A DNA stretch of 64,000 nucleotides from Acidobacteriota bacterium (GCA_963666055.2 CAXWPH010000011.1:64001-128000); one strand, 5' to 3'; numbered from the stretch's first letter, positions 1 through 10,956 are shown. Notes: generated from the letters alone by a model not told the origin. Numbers and translations are program-made.

Positions 1-306
1 CAGCACCGGCTCGTGAACGTGGCGCACCGCACTCCCGGCGAGTACCGGCTGGTCGGTCTCCAGCAGCTTGATCGCGTTCTCGCCCGGGATGTCGGTCTGG
101 TCGACGATGGTGAACTCCGACCAATCGACAGCGGTGCCGAAGCGCACCTCGCGTACCCGTCCGCGAGGTGCCGGGCTGCGCACGGTCATGCCCCACAGGC
201 ATCCCGGGATAGTCAGATCGTCAACGTAGCGCTCGGCACCGGTGAGCTTATCGAGCCCCTCGACGCGCTTCACCGCAGTGGCCTCCGCGCCGCGCCCGCC
301 TGGCAT
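1..306 (-). CDS. Xanthine dehydrogenase family molybdopterin-binding subunit, N-terminal part (runs off window start)
   Basis: Not in ORF track. Reading the minus strand from ATG at 306 gives MPGGRGAEATAVKRVEGLDKLTGAERYVDDLTIPGCLWGMTVRSPAPRGRV...DIPGENAI...PVLAGSAVRHVHEPVL, the hammerhead N-terminus of XdhB/PucD-type subunits; open to position 1; divergent from a PuuD-like gene. Confidence 0.85.
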   Translation of the reverse strand, partial: MPGGRGAEATAVKRVEGLDKLTGAERYVDDLTIPGCLWGMTVRSPAPRGRVREVRFGTAVDWSEFTIVDQTDIPGENAIKLLETDQPVLAGSAVRHVHEPVL

Positions 307-392
307 GCGACCGACGCTCCGCCAGGCTCCGAACGGCGGCGGCTACTGCTAAGGTCAGAAGGCGACGGCTGTTCTCGATCGGAGGAGCAGGC

Positions 393-1205
393 ATGAACGC
401 GACGCTTTACGAGGCGTTGAACCTGGCCTTGCGCTGGACGCACGTGCTCACCGCCATACTTTGGGTCGGTCAGACATTCCTTTTTACCTGGCTCGACGCG
501 CAGTTTCGCCCGACCTCTGGCGAAGGTCCGGACGAGGAGCCGGTGTGGATGGTCCATAGTGGCGGATTTTATCGGGTCGAGAAGATCGTGCGACCCGCGC
601 GGCTGCCCGATCCACTGCATTGGACCCGCTGGGAGTCATTGCTGACCTGGGCCAGTGGCTTCGGGCTGCTCCTGTTGATGTACACCTTCGGGGGTTTGTT
701 GCAAGCACCCGGCTCGAGCACCGGGACGATCACGCTGGTCACCATAAGCCTCGGCTCGCTGGTTGCGGGATGGTTGATCTACGATGTTCTGTGGAGTTCC
801 CCCCTGGGTCGACGGGAGCCGCTCGCGGCAGCAATCTCGCTGCTGCTGCTGATGGGGCTGACCTGGTCCTTGATGCAGGCACTTAGCACCCGTGCGGCCT
901 GGTTTCATGTGGGTGCGATGCTCGGCGGGCTGATGACCGGCAACGTGTGGATGCGGATCCTGCCGCCGCAGCGTCGCATGGTGATCTCGGTGGCCTCCGG
1001 CGAGCATCTCGACCCTTCGTGGGGATTCGGCGCAAAGCAGCGCTCGCGACACAACACCTTCATGGTGCTGCCGCTGTTGCTGATCATGTTGAGCAACCAC
1101 TTCCCCACCCTCAGCTACGCACACCGCCACGCCTGGGCCGTGCTCGGCGCGTGGGTGCTCCTGGGCTGGGCGATCCGCGTGGCGATAGTGCGCCGCGGGC
1201 ATTAG
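393..1205 (+). CDS. Urate hydroxylase PuuD-like membrane protein (Urate_ox_N domain only)
   Basis: LRWTHV..ILWVG..F, WMVHSGGFY, LHWTRWE..TW.SGF.LL, AKQRSRHN and SNHFP motifs; several TM helices; GGAGGAG RBS. Confidence 0.85.
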   Translation: MNATLYEALNLALRWTHVLTAILWVGQTFLFTWLDAQFRPTSGEGPDEEPVWMVHSGGFYRVEKIVRPARLPDPLHWTRWESLLTWASGFGLLLLMYTFGGLLQAPGSSTGTITLVTISLGSLVAGWLIYDVLWSSPLGRREPLAAAISLLLLMGLTWSLMQALSTRAAWFHVGAMLGGLMTGNVWMRILPPQRRMVISVASGEHLDPSWGFGAKQRSRHNTFMVLPLLLIMLSNHFPTLSYAHRHAWAVLGAWVLLGWAIRVAIVRRGH

Positions 1206-1216
1206 CGGCGCTCACC

Positions 1217-2839
1217 GTGGGGTCTACCGACGCTGGGAGACGTTGGCCGTGGCTACCCGTCCTGGTGGCGGTCGGGCTCGTCGTGCTCACCGTTGTAGCG
1301 TGGCAATCGGCACTGGATCGCGAACGCGAGCGGGTCCTCAGGCTCATCGACGCGGAGGCCGACAGTGTGGCGGCCCACGTGAGAACCTGGCTCGAGGAAA
1401 CCCGCGACGGACTCGATCGCACGACCGTGCGCTGGATCGGCCTGACGCGTCTGAGCGAGACGATGGCACAGGTCGAAAGTGCCGTCCTGCTGCGGACGCG
1501 GGCCGTCGACCGCGTTCTGTGGTTGTCGCCCCGAGCCGAGCTGTTGTGGTCGATAAGCGCCGACGGAGCCGAGAACACGCCCGTGGTCGAGGGCTGGATC
1601 ATCGAGCACGCCGCCTCCTGGCGACCGGGGAGCCGATTGTCGGCGGTGCGGATGATGGCGATCACCGAGGGGCCGAGCGGCGAACCGGTGATACCGGTGC
1701 GGGTGCCTGTCGTCCTCGAGACCGGCACGGCCGGGGCGATGATCTGTGTCTACGATGCTTCTGCCTTTGCCCAGGCGGCCACCGCCGGGCTCGGCAACGA
1801 CTACGCCTTGGCGATCAGCAGCGCCGGCAAGCGCTTCTTCGTCCGCGACGGGGATCCGAACGGATCGATGTCGGAGTGGGTCCGCCGCCGGGACGTCGAC
1901 TTCCAAGGGGTTCAACTGGCGATTGACGTCTGGCCCACGCCCCCGGCGCTTGCCAGCCTGCGTTCGGCGCTACCCACCACAGTGCTCATCGGTGGTCTGG
2001 CATTCGCCATGCTGCTGGGATCGGCGGTGCGCCTGGGGCAGGCCGAGGGACTGCGTACCAAACAGGCCGAGATGATCGCGGTGGTCGAGCGGGAGGCGGA
2101 TGCTCGGCGGCGCGCCGAGGAGGCACTCGAGCAGCGGGCTCGGGCATTGGAACGCTCCAAAGCCGACCTGGTGCGTTTTGCCCACGTCATCTCGCACGAT
2201 CTGCGTGAGCCGCTCAACGTGGTGGACATGCACCTGCAGTTGCTGTCCGAGCAGAACCTCGAGGGACGTTCTGAGCGTCACCTCAAACCGGCACTCCGCG
2301 CGTCAGCGCGAATGGCCTCGATGCTCGAAGGGCTGCTGCGCTACGCCAAGGTGGGCGGCTCCGATGAGGTGGAGGACGTCGACCTGAACGAAGTCGTCCG
2401 TATGGCGTTGGCCAACCTGGAGGCAACGATCCACAACAGCGGGGCTCAGGTCGAGGTAGGACCCATGCCGCATATTCAAGGCAATCGGGACCACCTGGCG
2501 CTGCTGTTCCAGAACCTCATCGGCAATGCCATCCGGCACCGAGGCGAGGCCGAGCCACGCATCACGGTCGCTGGTGAGCGGCAATCCTCGCATTGGCTGT
2601 TCCGGGTGCGCGACAACGGACCTGGCGTCAGCGCTGAGCAGGCCGGGCAGATCTTCGGTCTCTTCACGAGCGCCGGCGGACGCGTCGGCAGCGGCATCGG
2701 GCTGGCGATCTGCCGGCGGGTGGTGGAGAGCCACGGGGGACGGATCTGGGTGCAGTCTCCGCCTGGCCCGGGAGCCACCTTCGTTTTCACCTGGCCGCTC
2801 GAGCCAGTGACCACGCCTCAGCCGTCGCCGGAACGGTAG
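1217..2839 (+). CDS. Membrane sensor histidine kinase
   Basis: Two TM helices flanking a periplasmic domain; H-box SHDLREPL, N-box QNLIGNA, DNGPG, GSGIGL. Start trimmed to GTG 1217, just after the PuuD stop. Confidence 0.9.
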   Translation: MGSTDAGRRWPWLPVLVAVGLVVLTVVAWQSALDRERERVLRLIDAEADSVAAHVRTWLEETRDGLDRTTVRWIGLTRLSETMAQVESAVLLRTRAVDRVLWLSPRAELLWSISADGAENTPVVEGWIIEHAASWRPGSRLSAVRMMAITEGPSGEPVIPVRVPVVLETGTAGAMICVYDASAFAQAATAGLGNDYALAISSAGKRFFVRDGDPNGSMSEWVRRRDVDFQGVQLAIDVWPTPPALASLRSALPTTVLIGGLAFAMLLGSAVRLGQAEGLRTKQAEMIAVVEREADARRRAEEALEQRARALERSKADLVRFAHVISHDLREPLNVVDMHLQLLSEQNLEGRSERHLKPALRASARMASMLEGLLRYAKVGGSDEVEDVDLNEVVRMALANLEATIHNSGAQVEVGPMPHIQGNRDHLALLFQNLIGNAIRHRGEAEPRITVAGERQSSHWLFRVRDNGPGVSAEQAGQIFGLFTSAGGRVGSGIGLAICRRVVESHGGRIWVQSPPGPGATFVFTWPLEPVTTPQPSPER

Positions 2840-4176
2840 TCGCGGAGGCGATTGTAGAGCGTCTTCACGCTCACTCCGAGCAAGTCGGCGGCTTCCTGAC
2901 GGTTTCCGCCCACCGCGGCGAGCGTCGCCTGGATCAACCGCTTCTCGACCGCCGCCACCGACATCCCGACGTGGATTCCCAGGGGCTCCTGCGTGGATGC
3001 AGGATCGGCGGCAACCTGACGCAGATCCGCTGGCAGACAGTCGACCTCGATTACGTCCCCCCCCCCCCCCAGCACGAAGGCGCTGTAAAGAACGTTCTTG
3101 AGCTCACGTACGTTCCCAGGCCAATCATGTTCTGCGAGCTGGCGGACCGCCCCCGCAGTAAGGTTCTTGTGGATGCCCTCGCTGGCCGCGAGCTCGTCCA
3201 GGAAATGGCGCGATAGGAGCTCGATGTCGCCGCCCCGCTCATTCAACGGCGGCATGTCGACCTGAAACACCCGTAACCGGTACAACAGATCCTCACGCAG
3301 CTTGTGGTCGCGGACGGCGCTTGACAGCGTGCGGTTGGTGGCGGCGAGCGTGCGTATGTCGAGCCGCACCTCAGACTCACCGCCGACGCGCGTGATCGTC
3401 CCGGACTCCAACGCGCGCAAAAGCTTCACCTGGAGATCGGCGGGAGTCTCGGTGATCTCATCGAGAAGCAAGGTGCCGCCCTGAGCCCGTTCAAAGTAGC
3501 CGATGTGGCGGCGGGTAGCGCCGCTGAACGCCCCACGCTCGTGGCCGAACAACTCGCTCTCGATCAGGTTCGCTGGGACCGCCCCGCAGTTGAGAACCAG
3601 GAAGGGTCCGCTGCGACGCCGGCTGAAAGCGTGGATCGTGCGGGCAGCAAGCTCCTTGCCGGTTCCAGTCTGGCCAGTGATAAGGACGCTCGCATCGGTA
3701 GGAGCGACCCTGCCGATCAGGCTGTATACACGCTGCATCGAGGCAGAGATACCGATCATCTCGCCAAAATGTCCCAGCGAGCGCAGGGTGCCGCGCAGCG
3801 CTCCGACTTCCCGGCGCAGCTCGATCTGGCGGTGCACATGCCGCAAGACCGTGCGCAGCCGTTGAACGTCGATCGGCTTCACCAGATAGTCCACGGCACC
3901 CGACTGCAAGGCGGCGAGGGCGGATTCCGCCGAAGCGTGCCCGGTCACCACGATCACATCGCCGGCGACGCCTCCGTCCGAGGCCAGGAGGTCGCTGCCT
4001 TTGCCATCAGGCAATCGCATGTCGAGCAGCAGCAAGTCGGCGCGCTTGCGCTCGATGGCGAGTCGCGCCTCGGCCAGCGTCGCTGCGCCCTCGACCCGAA
4101 ATCCCTCGTGACGCACCAACTCGATGAGGATGTCACGCGAATCGGCATCGTCTTCTACGACAAGGGCGGTGGGCAA
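2818..4176 (-). CDS. Sigma54-dependent response regulator (REC-AAA+-Fis HTH, NtrC/AtoC family)
   Basis: Receiver LVVEDD...LLDMRLPD; Walker A GQTGTGKE; ELFGHERGAFSGA; WPGNVRELKN; C-terminal HTH LGVSVKTLYNRL; TTG start at 4176 with GGGAG RBS. Confidence 0.93.
   Translation of the reverse strand: MPTALVVEDDADSRDILIELVRHEGFRVEGAATLAEARLAIERKRADLLLLDMRLPDGKGSDLLASDGGVAGDVIVVTGHASAESALAALQSGAVDYLVKPIDVQRLRTVLRHVHRQIELRREVGALRGTLRSLGHFGEMIGISASMQRVYSLIGRVAPTDASVLITGQTGTGKELAARTIHAFSRRRSGPFLVLNCGAVPANLIESELFGHERGAFSGATRRHIGYFERAQGGTLLLDEITETPADLQVKLLRALESGTITRVGGESEVRLDIRTLAATNRTLSSAVRDHKLREDLLYRLRVFQVDMPPLNERGGDIELLSRHFLDELAASEGIHKNLTAGAVRQLAEHDWPGNVRELKNVLYSAFVLGGGGDVIEVDCLPADLRQVAADPASTQEPLGIHVGMSVAAVEKRLIQATLAAVGGNRQEAADLLGVSVKTLYNRLRDYRSGDG
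3057..3070 (-). repeat. G14 homopolymer tract (in frame, encodes Leu-Gly4-Asp)
   Basis: 14 consecutive C on the + strand at 3057-3070. Confidence 0.9.
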
Positions 4177-4250
4177 CTGCGGCTCCCGACGTAACAAGGC
4201 AGACGCGGCGACGAAATAGAAAAGCGGCCGCGAAAGCCGTTGACCTTGCC

Positions 4251-4263
4251 TGTAAATCTTACA
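4251..4263. promoter_or_regulatory. Candidate enhancer/activator binding site TGTAA-N3-TTACA
   Basis: Perfect inverted repeat TGTAAatcTTACA about 140 bp upstream of a -24/-12 element and just upstream of the activator gene. Confidence 0.55.
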
Positions 4264-4404
4264 CACCCGGGCTGCAAATCGTGCCGCTAACTCGGTTTCG
4301 GCATGCGATTCCGTCAAGCCGGCGGCGCGGCGCACGATCCGGAAGCCCCATCGTGGCAGTGCGGTTCGACTCCCACACCGCCCAGCCGACGATCCGTCAG
4401 CCGG

Positions 4405-4420
4405 TGGCATGGGCCTTGCT
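4405..4420 (+). promoter_or_regulatory. Sigma54 (-24/-12) promoter of the OmpA-family gene
   Basis: TGGCATGGGCCTTGCT matches TGGCAC-N5-TTGCW with exact GG-N10-GC spacing; next to a sigma54 activator. Confidence 0.8.
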
Positions 4421-4532
4421 GTCAACAACAGCAGATGCCGTCGCAATCACTCGATCCGGAAACTGCACGGCCGGAACAGCTCGGCCACCACACAGGTCCC
4501 CAACTCGACCGTCCATAGCAAGGAGAAACGCC

Positions 4533-5303
4533 ATGTCGATCTGCACCAAGCGAACCAGGGCGACAGCTGCAGCGGGCATTGTGCTGGTACTGGCGTCGAC
4601 GGCCTGCGCCCACGTCAAGCGCAAGGAGTTCCAGGCCGAGATGGCGCGCCTCGAGCAGGAGATACGCGACGAATCTGCGGCCGGCGATGCGGCGCTCGGC
4701 CACCGCGTCGACGGACTGGGTGGCGAGTTGAATCGAATCAACGGACGCGTCACTGACCTCGACAGACATGCGTCCGAGAACCTCGCCCGGACGGAACAAC
4801 TCGAGTCTGACCTGCGGGCCTTGGCGGTAACCTTCAGCGCCTCCGTGGAGCGCCTCGAGAAGGCGCTCGCATTCAACGTTCCGGTGCGTTTCGACTACGA
4901 CTCCGCCGAGCTTCGCGAGGGCGATCTGCCGGTGCTAAAGCGACTGGCAGCGGTCATGACAGAGCACTACCCGGACAGCCTGATCACCGTCGAAGGATTC
5001 ACGGACTCGGCCGGGCCGGCGACCTACAACCTGGTTCTCGGCAAGGCGCGTGCCGACGCCGTTCGCACCTTCCTGGTCGAGCGCGGGAACCTGAGAGGAG
5101 ATCGAGTGCGCACGGTCAGCTACGGGGAGGCCCCGGATCGTCTGGTTAACCCGGGCGCCTGGGGTCCCGGCGAGAGCGGCATGACGAATCGCCGCGTCAC
5201 GCTGGTCATCGAGACCACCGGCGGCGAGTGGGACCTCGCTACGCCGGACAATCCGGCACCGGCGGCGCTACCGGCCGCCAAAGTACCGGTGATTGAGTCG
5301 TAG
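4533..5303 (+). CDS. OmpA/Pal-family peptidoglycan-binding lipoprotein with N-terminal coiled coil
   Basis: Lipobox-like STAC; FDYDSAEL, EGFTDS, YN..LG..RA, SYGE, NRRV motifs; AAGGAG RBS before ATG 4533. Confidence 0.9.
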   Translation: MSICTKRTRATAAAGIVLVLASTACAHVKRKEFQAEMARLEQEIRDESAAGDAALGHRVDGLGGELNRINGRVTDLDRHASENLARTEQLESDLRALAVTFSASVERLEKALAFNVPVRFDYDSAELREGDLPVLKRLAAVMTEHYPDSLITVEGFTDSAGPATYNLVLGKARADAVRTFLVERGNLRGDRVRTVSYGEAPDRLVNPGAWGPGESGMTNRRVTLVIETTGGEWDLATPDNPAPAALPAAKVPVIES

Positions 5304-5410
5304 CCAGGTCTGACGGATGGGGGACGGCGTTCGGCCGGCCGGAGGAAACGGGGTGAACGCACCGGGCGGCCGACGCCTCCATCCGCGAACCGTGCAAGTG
5401 GAGAACCGGG

Positions 5411-5499
5411 CACCCAGGAGAATCCCGCGGGACCACCATCCTCGAGAGATCGCGTCGCACCGGAAGCTCGAGGCCGGAACCGTGGGATTCTCCTGGGTG
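5411..5499. repeat. Long inverted repeat/hairpin between convergent genes
   Basis: CACCCAGGAGAATCCC (5411-5426) is the exact reverse complement of GGGATTCTCCTGGGTG (5484-5499). Confidence 0.75.
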
Positions 5500-5540
5500 T
5501 CCGTACCTCGGCTCGAAGGTGTGCAGCACGGTGACGTTGC

Positions 5541-7775
5541 TCACCGGGAAGTGGCCGTGGCGGCGCTGCTGGCATCAACCGACTCAGCGGTTGCCCCGAT
5601 CGCATCCGCCACGAGCTCGATTGGATGCCGCGGTCGGCGATCGCCGAAATCTGCCAGCTGCGTGCGGCATGACGTTCCGCTCGCCAGCACCTCGTCGACC
5701 GGGTCGCCGGTCACCGACTTCAACCCTGAGATCTCGGTCACCAAGCGTGTGCCCAGCTCACGGCTGATCTCGTAGCCCTCCTGCTTGTAGCCGAACGAGC
5801 CCGCCATACCGCAGCAATCGGCAGTGGTCGTCACTACCTCGACGCCCGGCAATCGCGCCAGCACACCGAGGCTCGAGTCCAACCATCCGGCCGACTTCTG
5901 TTGGCAGTGTCCGTGCAAGACGACGGTGTGGCGCGGTCGCGGGGCCTGAGTCGCCAGCGCAGCACCGAGAAGCGTCGAATGCTCCTCGAGGAACACCATG
6001 ATCTCGCGCACGCTCAGGCCCACCAGAAACGCCTCGTTGTTGGCGGGCGAGAGCTTGGTGTGATCGTCCGTCACGCAGGTCAGGCACGAGGGCTCGAGGC
6101 CGACGATCGGAATCTGCCGGTCCGCGTATGGAGCCAACAATCGCGACAAGTCGAACGCCTGCTCGCGAGCAGCCTCGAGTGCACCCTGCGAGAGTGCGGC
6201 GCGCCCGCAGCACGGGCCGGTTACGAGCAACACCCGGAAACCGAGTCGTTCGATAACCCGAACCGCGGCTTTGGCGGCCTCGACGTCCGCGTAGTTGGAG
6301 TGGCAATCGGCCCAGAAGACGACCAGACCGGTCTCGGCTTCGTCGTCGAGATGGTCGGCATCGGCGCCGACCTCCTCGACTACCCGGCCGCCACGCGCCC
6401 TGAACCAATCGGCCAGCGTCGTATCCGGTATCTGCGGCAATGGCCGCCGACGGTCAACGCCAAACAACCGCTCTAGCCCCCAGCGCGCCACGCGTAACTG
6501 CATCAATCCGCTCAGCCTTCCGACCCGCCGCGCCAGCCGGTACAGGCGACGTGGCTCAGCGAGGAATGCGGAGCCAGGCGCGGCTCGACTCGCCTTCTGT
6601 TCCCGGATGCGTGCGCGAACCACAGAGGTCATCCAAGGGATATCGATACGCACCGGGCAGACATCCTGGCAGCGCGAGCAGGTGGTGCAGAGCCCGTCGA
6701 ACTCCGCCGCCGTCTCCAGGCCGCGCACGCCGGCCTCCCACGCGATGCCAATGCCGGACTGGTAGGTCGGCCCGCCAAACACGTGGCCGCCGACCGCCTG
6801 GTACGGAGCGCACACGTTCATGCAGGCGCCGCATCGCACGCAGTACAGCGCTTCGCGCAGCACCGGATCGTCGCGCATGCGGCTACGTCCGTTGTCCAGC
6901 AGCACGAGATGGAAGCTACGCTTGCCGTCGACCAGCGGCGAGGCGCCCCAGCCAGGCCCGGTGATCACCGACACGTAGCTGGTCAGCAGCTGCCCGGTTC
7001 CGGATCGCGGCAGAAGCTCGATGAACGGCTCGAGGTCTGCCATCGTCGGCAGAATCTTCTCGATTCCGGCCAGCGCCACATGAACTCGTGGCAGCTGTGT
7101 GCTCAGCCGGACGTTGCCCTCGTTCTCAACCAGAATCACCGTGCCGCTCTCGGCAATCAGGAAGTTCGCTCCGGTGATTCCCAGGTCGGCTTCGAGGAAG
7201 TCGCGACGCAGCTGCTGCCGCGCCAGCTGGGTGAGCTCCTCGGCGGTCTCCGGGACGTCGTCACGGCCGAGCCGTCGCCGGAACACGTCGCGTACGTCCT
7301 CCATGCTCTTGTGAATGATGGGTGCGATGGCGTGCGATGGACGATCCTCATCGAGCTGCACGATGTACTCGCCGAGGTCGGTCTCGCGCACCGTCACGCC
7401 GGCGCTTTCCAGCGCGGCGTTGAGATGAATCTCCTCGGAGGTCATCGACTTCGACTTCACCGCAGCGGTCAGACCTTCGCGCCGGGCGATTTCGACGATG
7501 ATCCGGCAGGCAGCCTCGGCATCATCGGCTCGATGAACGAAGCCACCCGAGGCGTTGACTGCTTCGGTCAGCGTCTCGAGCAGCTCGGGAAGGCGCTCAA
7601 TGGCGTCCTCTTTGATTGCTCGCGCCCGATCGCGGCTGACCTCGTAGGCGGCGAAGTCACTGACCGCCTGGCGACGTCTGTTGGCGGCGGCGCGCGTTCC
7701 CGAGGGCACCGCCTGCTGCAGCGACGGGTTGAGCAACGCCGCGCGGATCTCCGACTGCAAGTCGCGTGAGCTCAT
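5541..7775 (-). CDS. lutB: LutB/LldF-type lactate-utilisation Fe-S protein fused to C-terminal CCG (LutA/GlpC-like) domains
   Basis: KSKSMTSEE, ETDLGEYIVQL, ENEGN, CVRCGACMNVC, CTTCSRCQDVCP, then CCG twice and HGHCQQ; ATG 7775 overlaps the lutC stop. Confidence 0.85.
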   Translation of the reverse strand: MSSRDLQSEIRAALLNPSLQQAVPSGTRAAANRRRQAVSDFAAYEVSRDRARAIKEDAIERLPELLETLTEAVNASGGFVHRADDAEAACRIIVEIARREGLTAAVKSKSMTSEEIHLNAALESAGVTVRETDLGEYIVQLDEDRPSHAIAPIIHKSMEDVRDVFRRRLGRDDVPETAEELTQLARQQLRRDFLEADLGITGANFLIAESGTVILVENEGNVRLSTQLPRVHVALAGIEKILPTMADLEPFIELLPRSGTGQLLTSYVSVITGPGWGASPLVDGKRSFHLVLLDNGRSRMRDDPVLREALYCVRCGACMNVCAPYQAVGGHVFGGPTYQSGIGIAWEAGVRGLETAAEFDGLCTTCSRCQDVCPVRIDIPWMTSVVRARIREQKASRAAPGSAFLAEPRRLYRLARRVGRLSGLMQLRVARWGLERLFGVDRRRPLPQIPDTTLADWFRARGGRVVEEVGADADHLDDEAETGLVVFWADCHSNYADVEAAKAAVRVIERLGFRVLLVTGPCCGRAALSQGALEAAREQAFDLSRLLAPYADRQIPIVGLEPSCLTCVTDDHTKLSPANNEAFLVGLSVREIMVFLEEHSTLLGAALATQAPRPRHTVVLHGHCQQKSAGWLDSSLGVLARLPGVEVVTTTADCCGMAGSFGYKQEGYEISRELGTRLVTEISGLKSVTGDPVDEVLASGTSCRTQLADFGDRRPRHPIELVADAIGATAESVDASSAATATSR

Positions 7776-8347
7776 GTTGGGCCAGCCTCGTCGCCGACGA
7801 TGAACGCGTGCAGCGCATTGGGTCCATGAATCCCCAGCACCAGCTTCTGAACGATGTCGGCGGTTCTCGACGGGCCGCTGATCCAAACCCAGTTGCGCTG
7901 GCCGGCGGCGAACCGCGCCTCGAAGTCCTTGAACGCGGTGGCGATGTCGGGGGCAATGTCGCGCGCCCGCAGCACGGCTATATGTACCCACGGCAGCACG
8001 GTCGCAAGCCCCCAACCGCCGGGGTCGCCGCCGACTAGCAGCGTCCCTGACTCGGCGATCGCCAGCTCGACGCCGGTCAGACCAACGTTCAATTGCGCGG
8101 TGCGCTCACCAGCCTCTCGCACCGGCACCAAGTCGACGCCTCGCGCTCTCAACGCGAGGTAAAGGCCCATCTCGTCGGCGAGCGCGAACGGTTCGTATAG
8201 AAGCGCCGGCGGCGCTGGTTGCGCGCGGACGATGGAGTCGATCGCCTCACCGAGCGCAAAGCCGCTGTTGAGCACTCGCGTCGTACCGCCGAGCGAGTCC
8301 AACGCCCTGCGAAAACGTTCGACATTGGCCTTTACCTGAGACGTCAT
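7772..8347 (-). CDS. lutC: LutC/YkgG (LUD domain) protein
   Basis: AIAESGTL, LPWVHIAV, ISGPSRTADI...G.HGP motifs. Confidence 0.85.
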   Translation of the reverse strand: MTSQVKANVERFRRALDSLGGTTRVLNSGFALGEAIDSIVRAQPAPPALLYEPFALADEMGLYLALRARGVDLVPVREAGERTAQLNVGLTGVELAIAESGTLLVGGDPGGWGLATVLPWVHIAVLRARDIAPDIATAFKDFEARFAAGQRNWVWISGPSRTADIVQKLVLGIHGPNALHAFIVGDEAGPT

Positions 8348-8433
8348 GCGCCTAACATCTATCAACGATGATCGTCCCGTCAAACGCGACGCACCGGGTC
8401 AGCCGAACTGCCACCAATCAGCCTGAGAGCCGC

Positions 8434-9339
8434 ATGAAGATCCTGGTCACTGGAGCGACGGGGTTCGTCGGATCAGCCCTGTGTCGAGAGCTAGCGAATG
8501 CCGGCCACGCCGTTACCGCACTTTCGCGCGACGCCGATGAGGCAAAGCGGCGGCTGCCGATGCTACGCGGCGCCTATGAGTGGGAGCCTTCCGCCGACGC
8601 GGCGCCATCGCGTGCCATCGAGGAAGCTGACGCGATCGTGCACCTGGCCGGCGAGTCGGTGGCGGGTCGCTGGGGTAGAGCGCAGCGCCGAGCAATCTCC
8701 GACAGCCGTGTCATGGGCACGCACAACCTCGTCGAAGGGATGCGATCGGCGGCAGCGCGGCCAGCGGTACTGATAAGCGCCAGCGCCATCGGCTTCTACG
8801 GCGACCGCGGCGACGACCTGCTCACCGAAGCGGACCCAGCCGGGGACGACTTCCTCGCCGGCGTGTGCGCCGCCTGGGAGGCCGCCGCCCGAGAGGGCGA
8901 GGACCTCGGGGTCCGCGTCGCCCGTCTACGCACAGGAATCGTACTCGGCCGCGGCGGCGGCGCGTTGGAGCAGATGCTGCTGCCAGCCAGGCTAGGGATG
9001 AACGGCCCGCTCGGTTCGGGGCGTCAGTGGTGGTCGTGGATCCACATTGACGACGTGCTCGGCATCATCCGTCATTGCCTCGATACCCAGATCCACGGGG
9101 CGCTCAACACCTCGTCACCCGCCCCGGTGCGACAGCAACAGTTTGCCGAGACGCTCGGCGCCGTGCTCCACCGACCCTCTTTCGTGCCCGCCCCAGCACT
9201 GGCGCTGAAGATCGTGCTCGGAGGCTTCTCGGCGGAACTGTTGTCGAGCAAGCGCGTGCTCCCCGCCGCGCTCCAGGACGCCGGCTACGAGTTTCGCTTC
9301 CCGCAGCTGCGTGCCGCGCTCGATGACCTCCTCGGCTAG
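8434..9339 (+). CDS. TIGR01777 family NAD-dependent epimerase/oxidoreductase
   Basis: MKILVTGATGFVG, HLAGE, SASAIGFYG, C..WE, GSGRQWWSWIH. Confidence 0.92.
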   Translation: MKILVTGATGFVGSALCRELANAGHAVTALSRDADEAKRRLPMLRGAYEWEPSADAAPSRAIEEADAIVHLAGESVAGRWGRAQRRAISDSRVMGTHNLVEGMRSAAARPAVLISASAIGFYGDRGDDLLTEADPAGDDFLAGVCAAWEAAAREGEDLGVRVARLRTGIVLGRGGGALEQMLLPARLGMNGPLGSGRQWWSWIHIDDVLGIIRHCLDTQIHGALNTSSPAPVRQQQFAETLGAVLHRPSFVPAPALALKIVLGGFSAELLSSKRVLPAALQDAGYEFRFPQLRAALDDLLG

Positions 9340-9440
9340 CAGGTGAGTAGCGCTGGCCGCCAAGAAAAAAGGGCTTCGGAGCGACCTGGCAGCAGTCGTA
9401 CCCTCAAGGGCGACACATTCACCGGCCGGCCGGAGGATCC

Positions 9441-10931
<1,491 letters not shown>

Positions 10932-10956
10932 CAACTGACCCCAGCTCGCCGTAACC

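Noticed and set aside
13-396. ORF 13..396 (+)
   Set aside because: Antisense shadow of the xanthine dehydrogenase subunit on the minus strand
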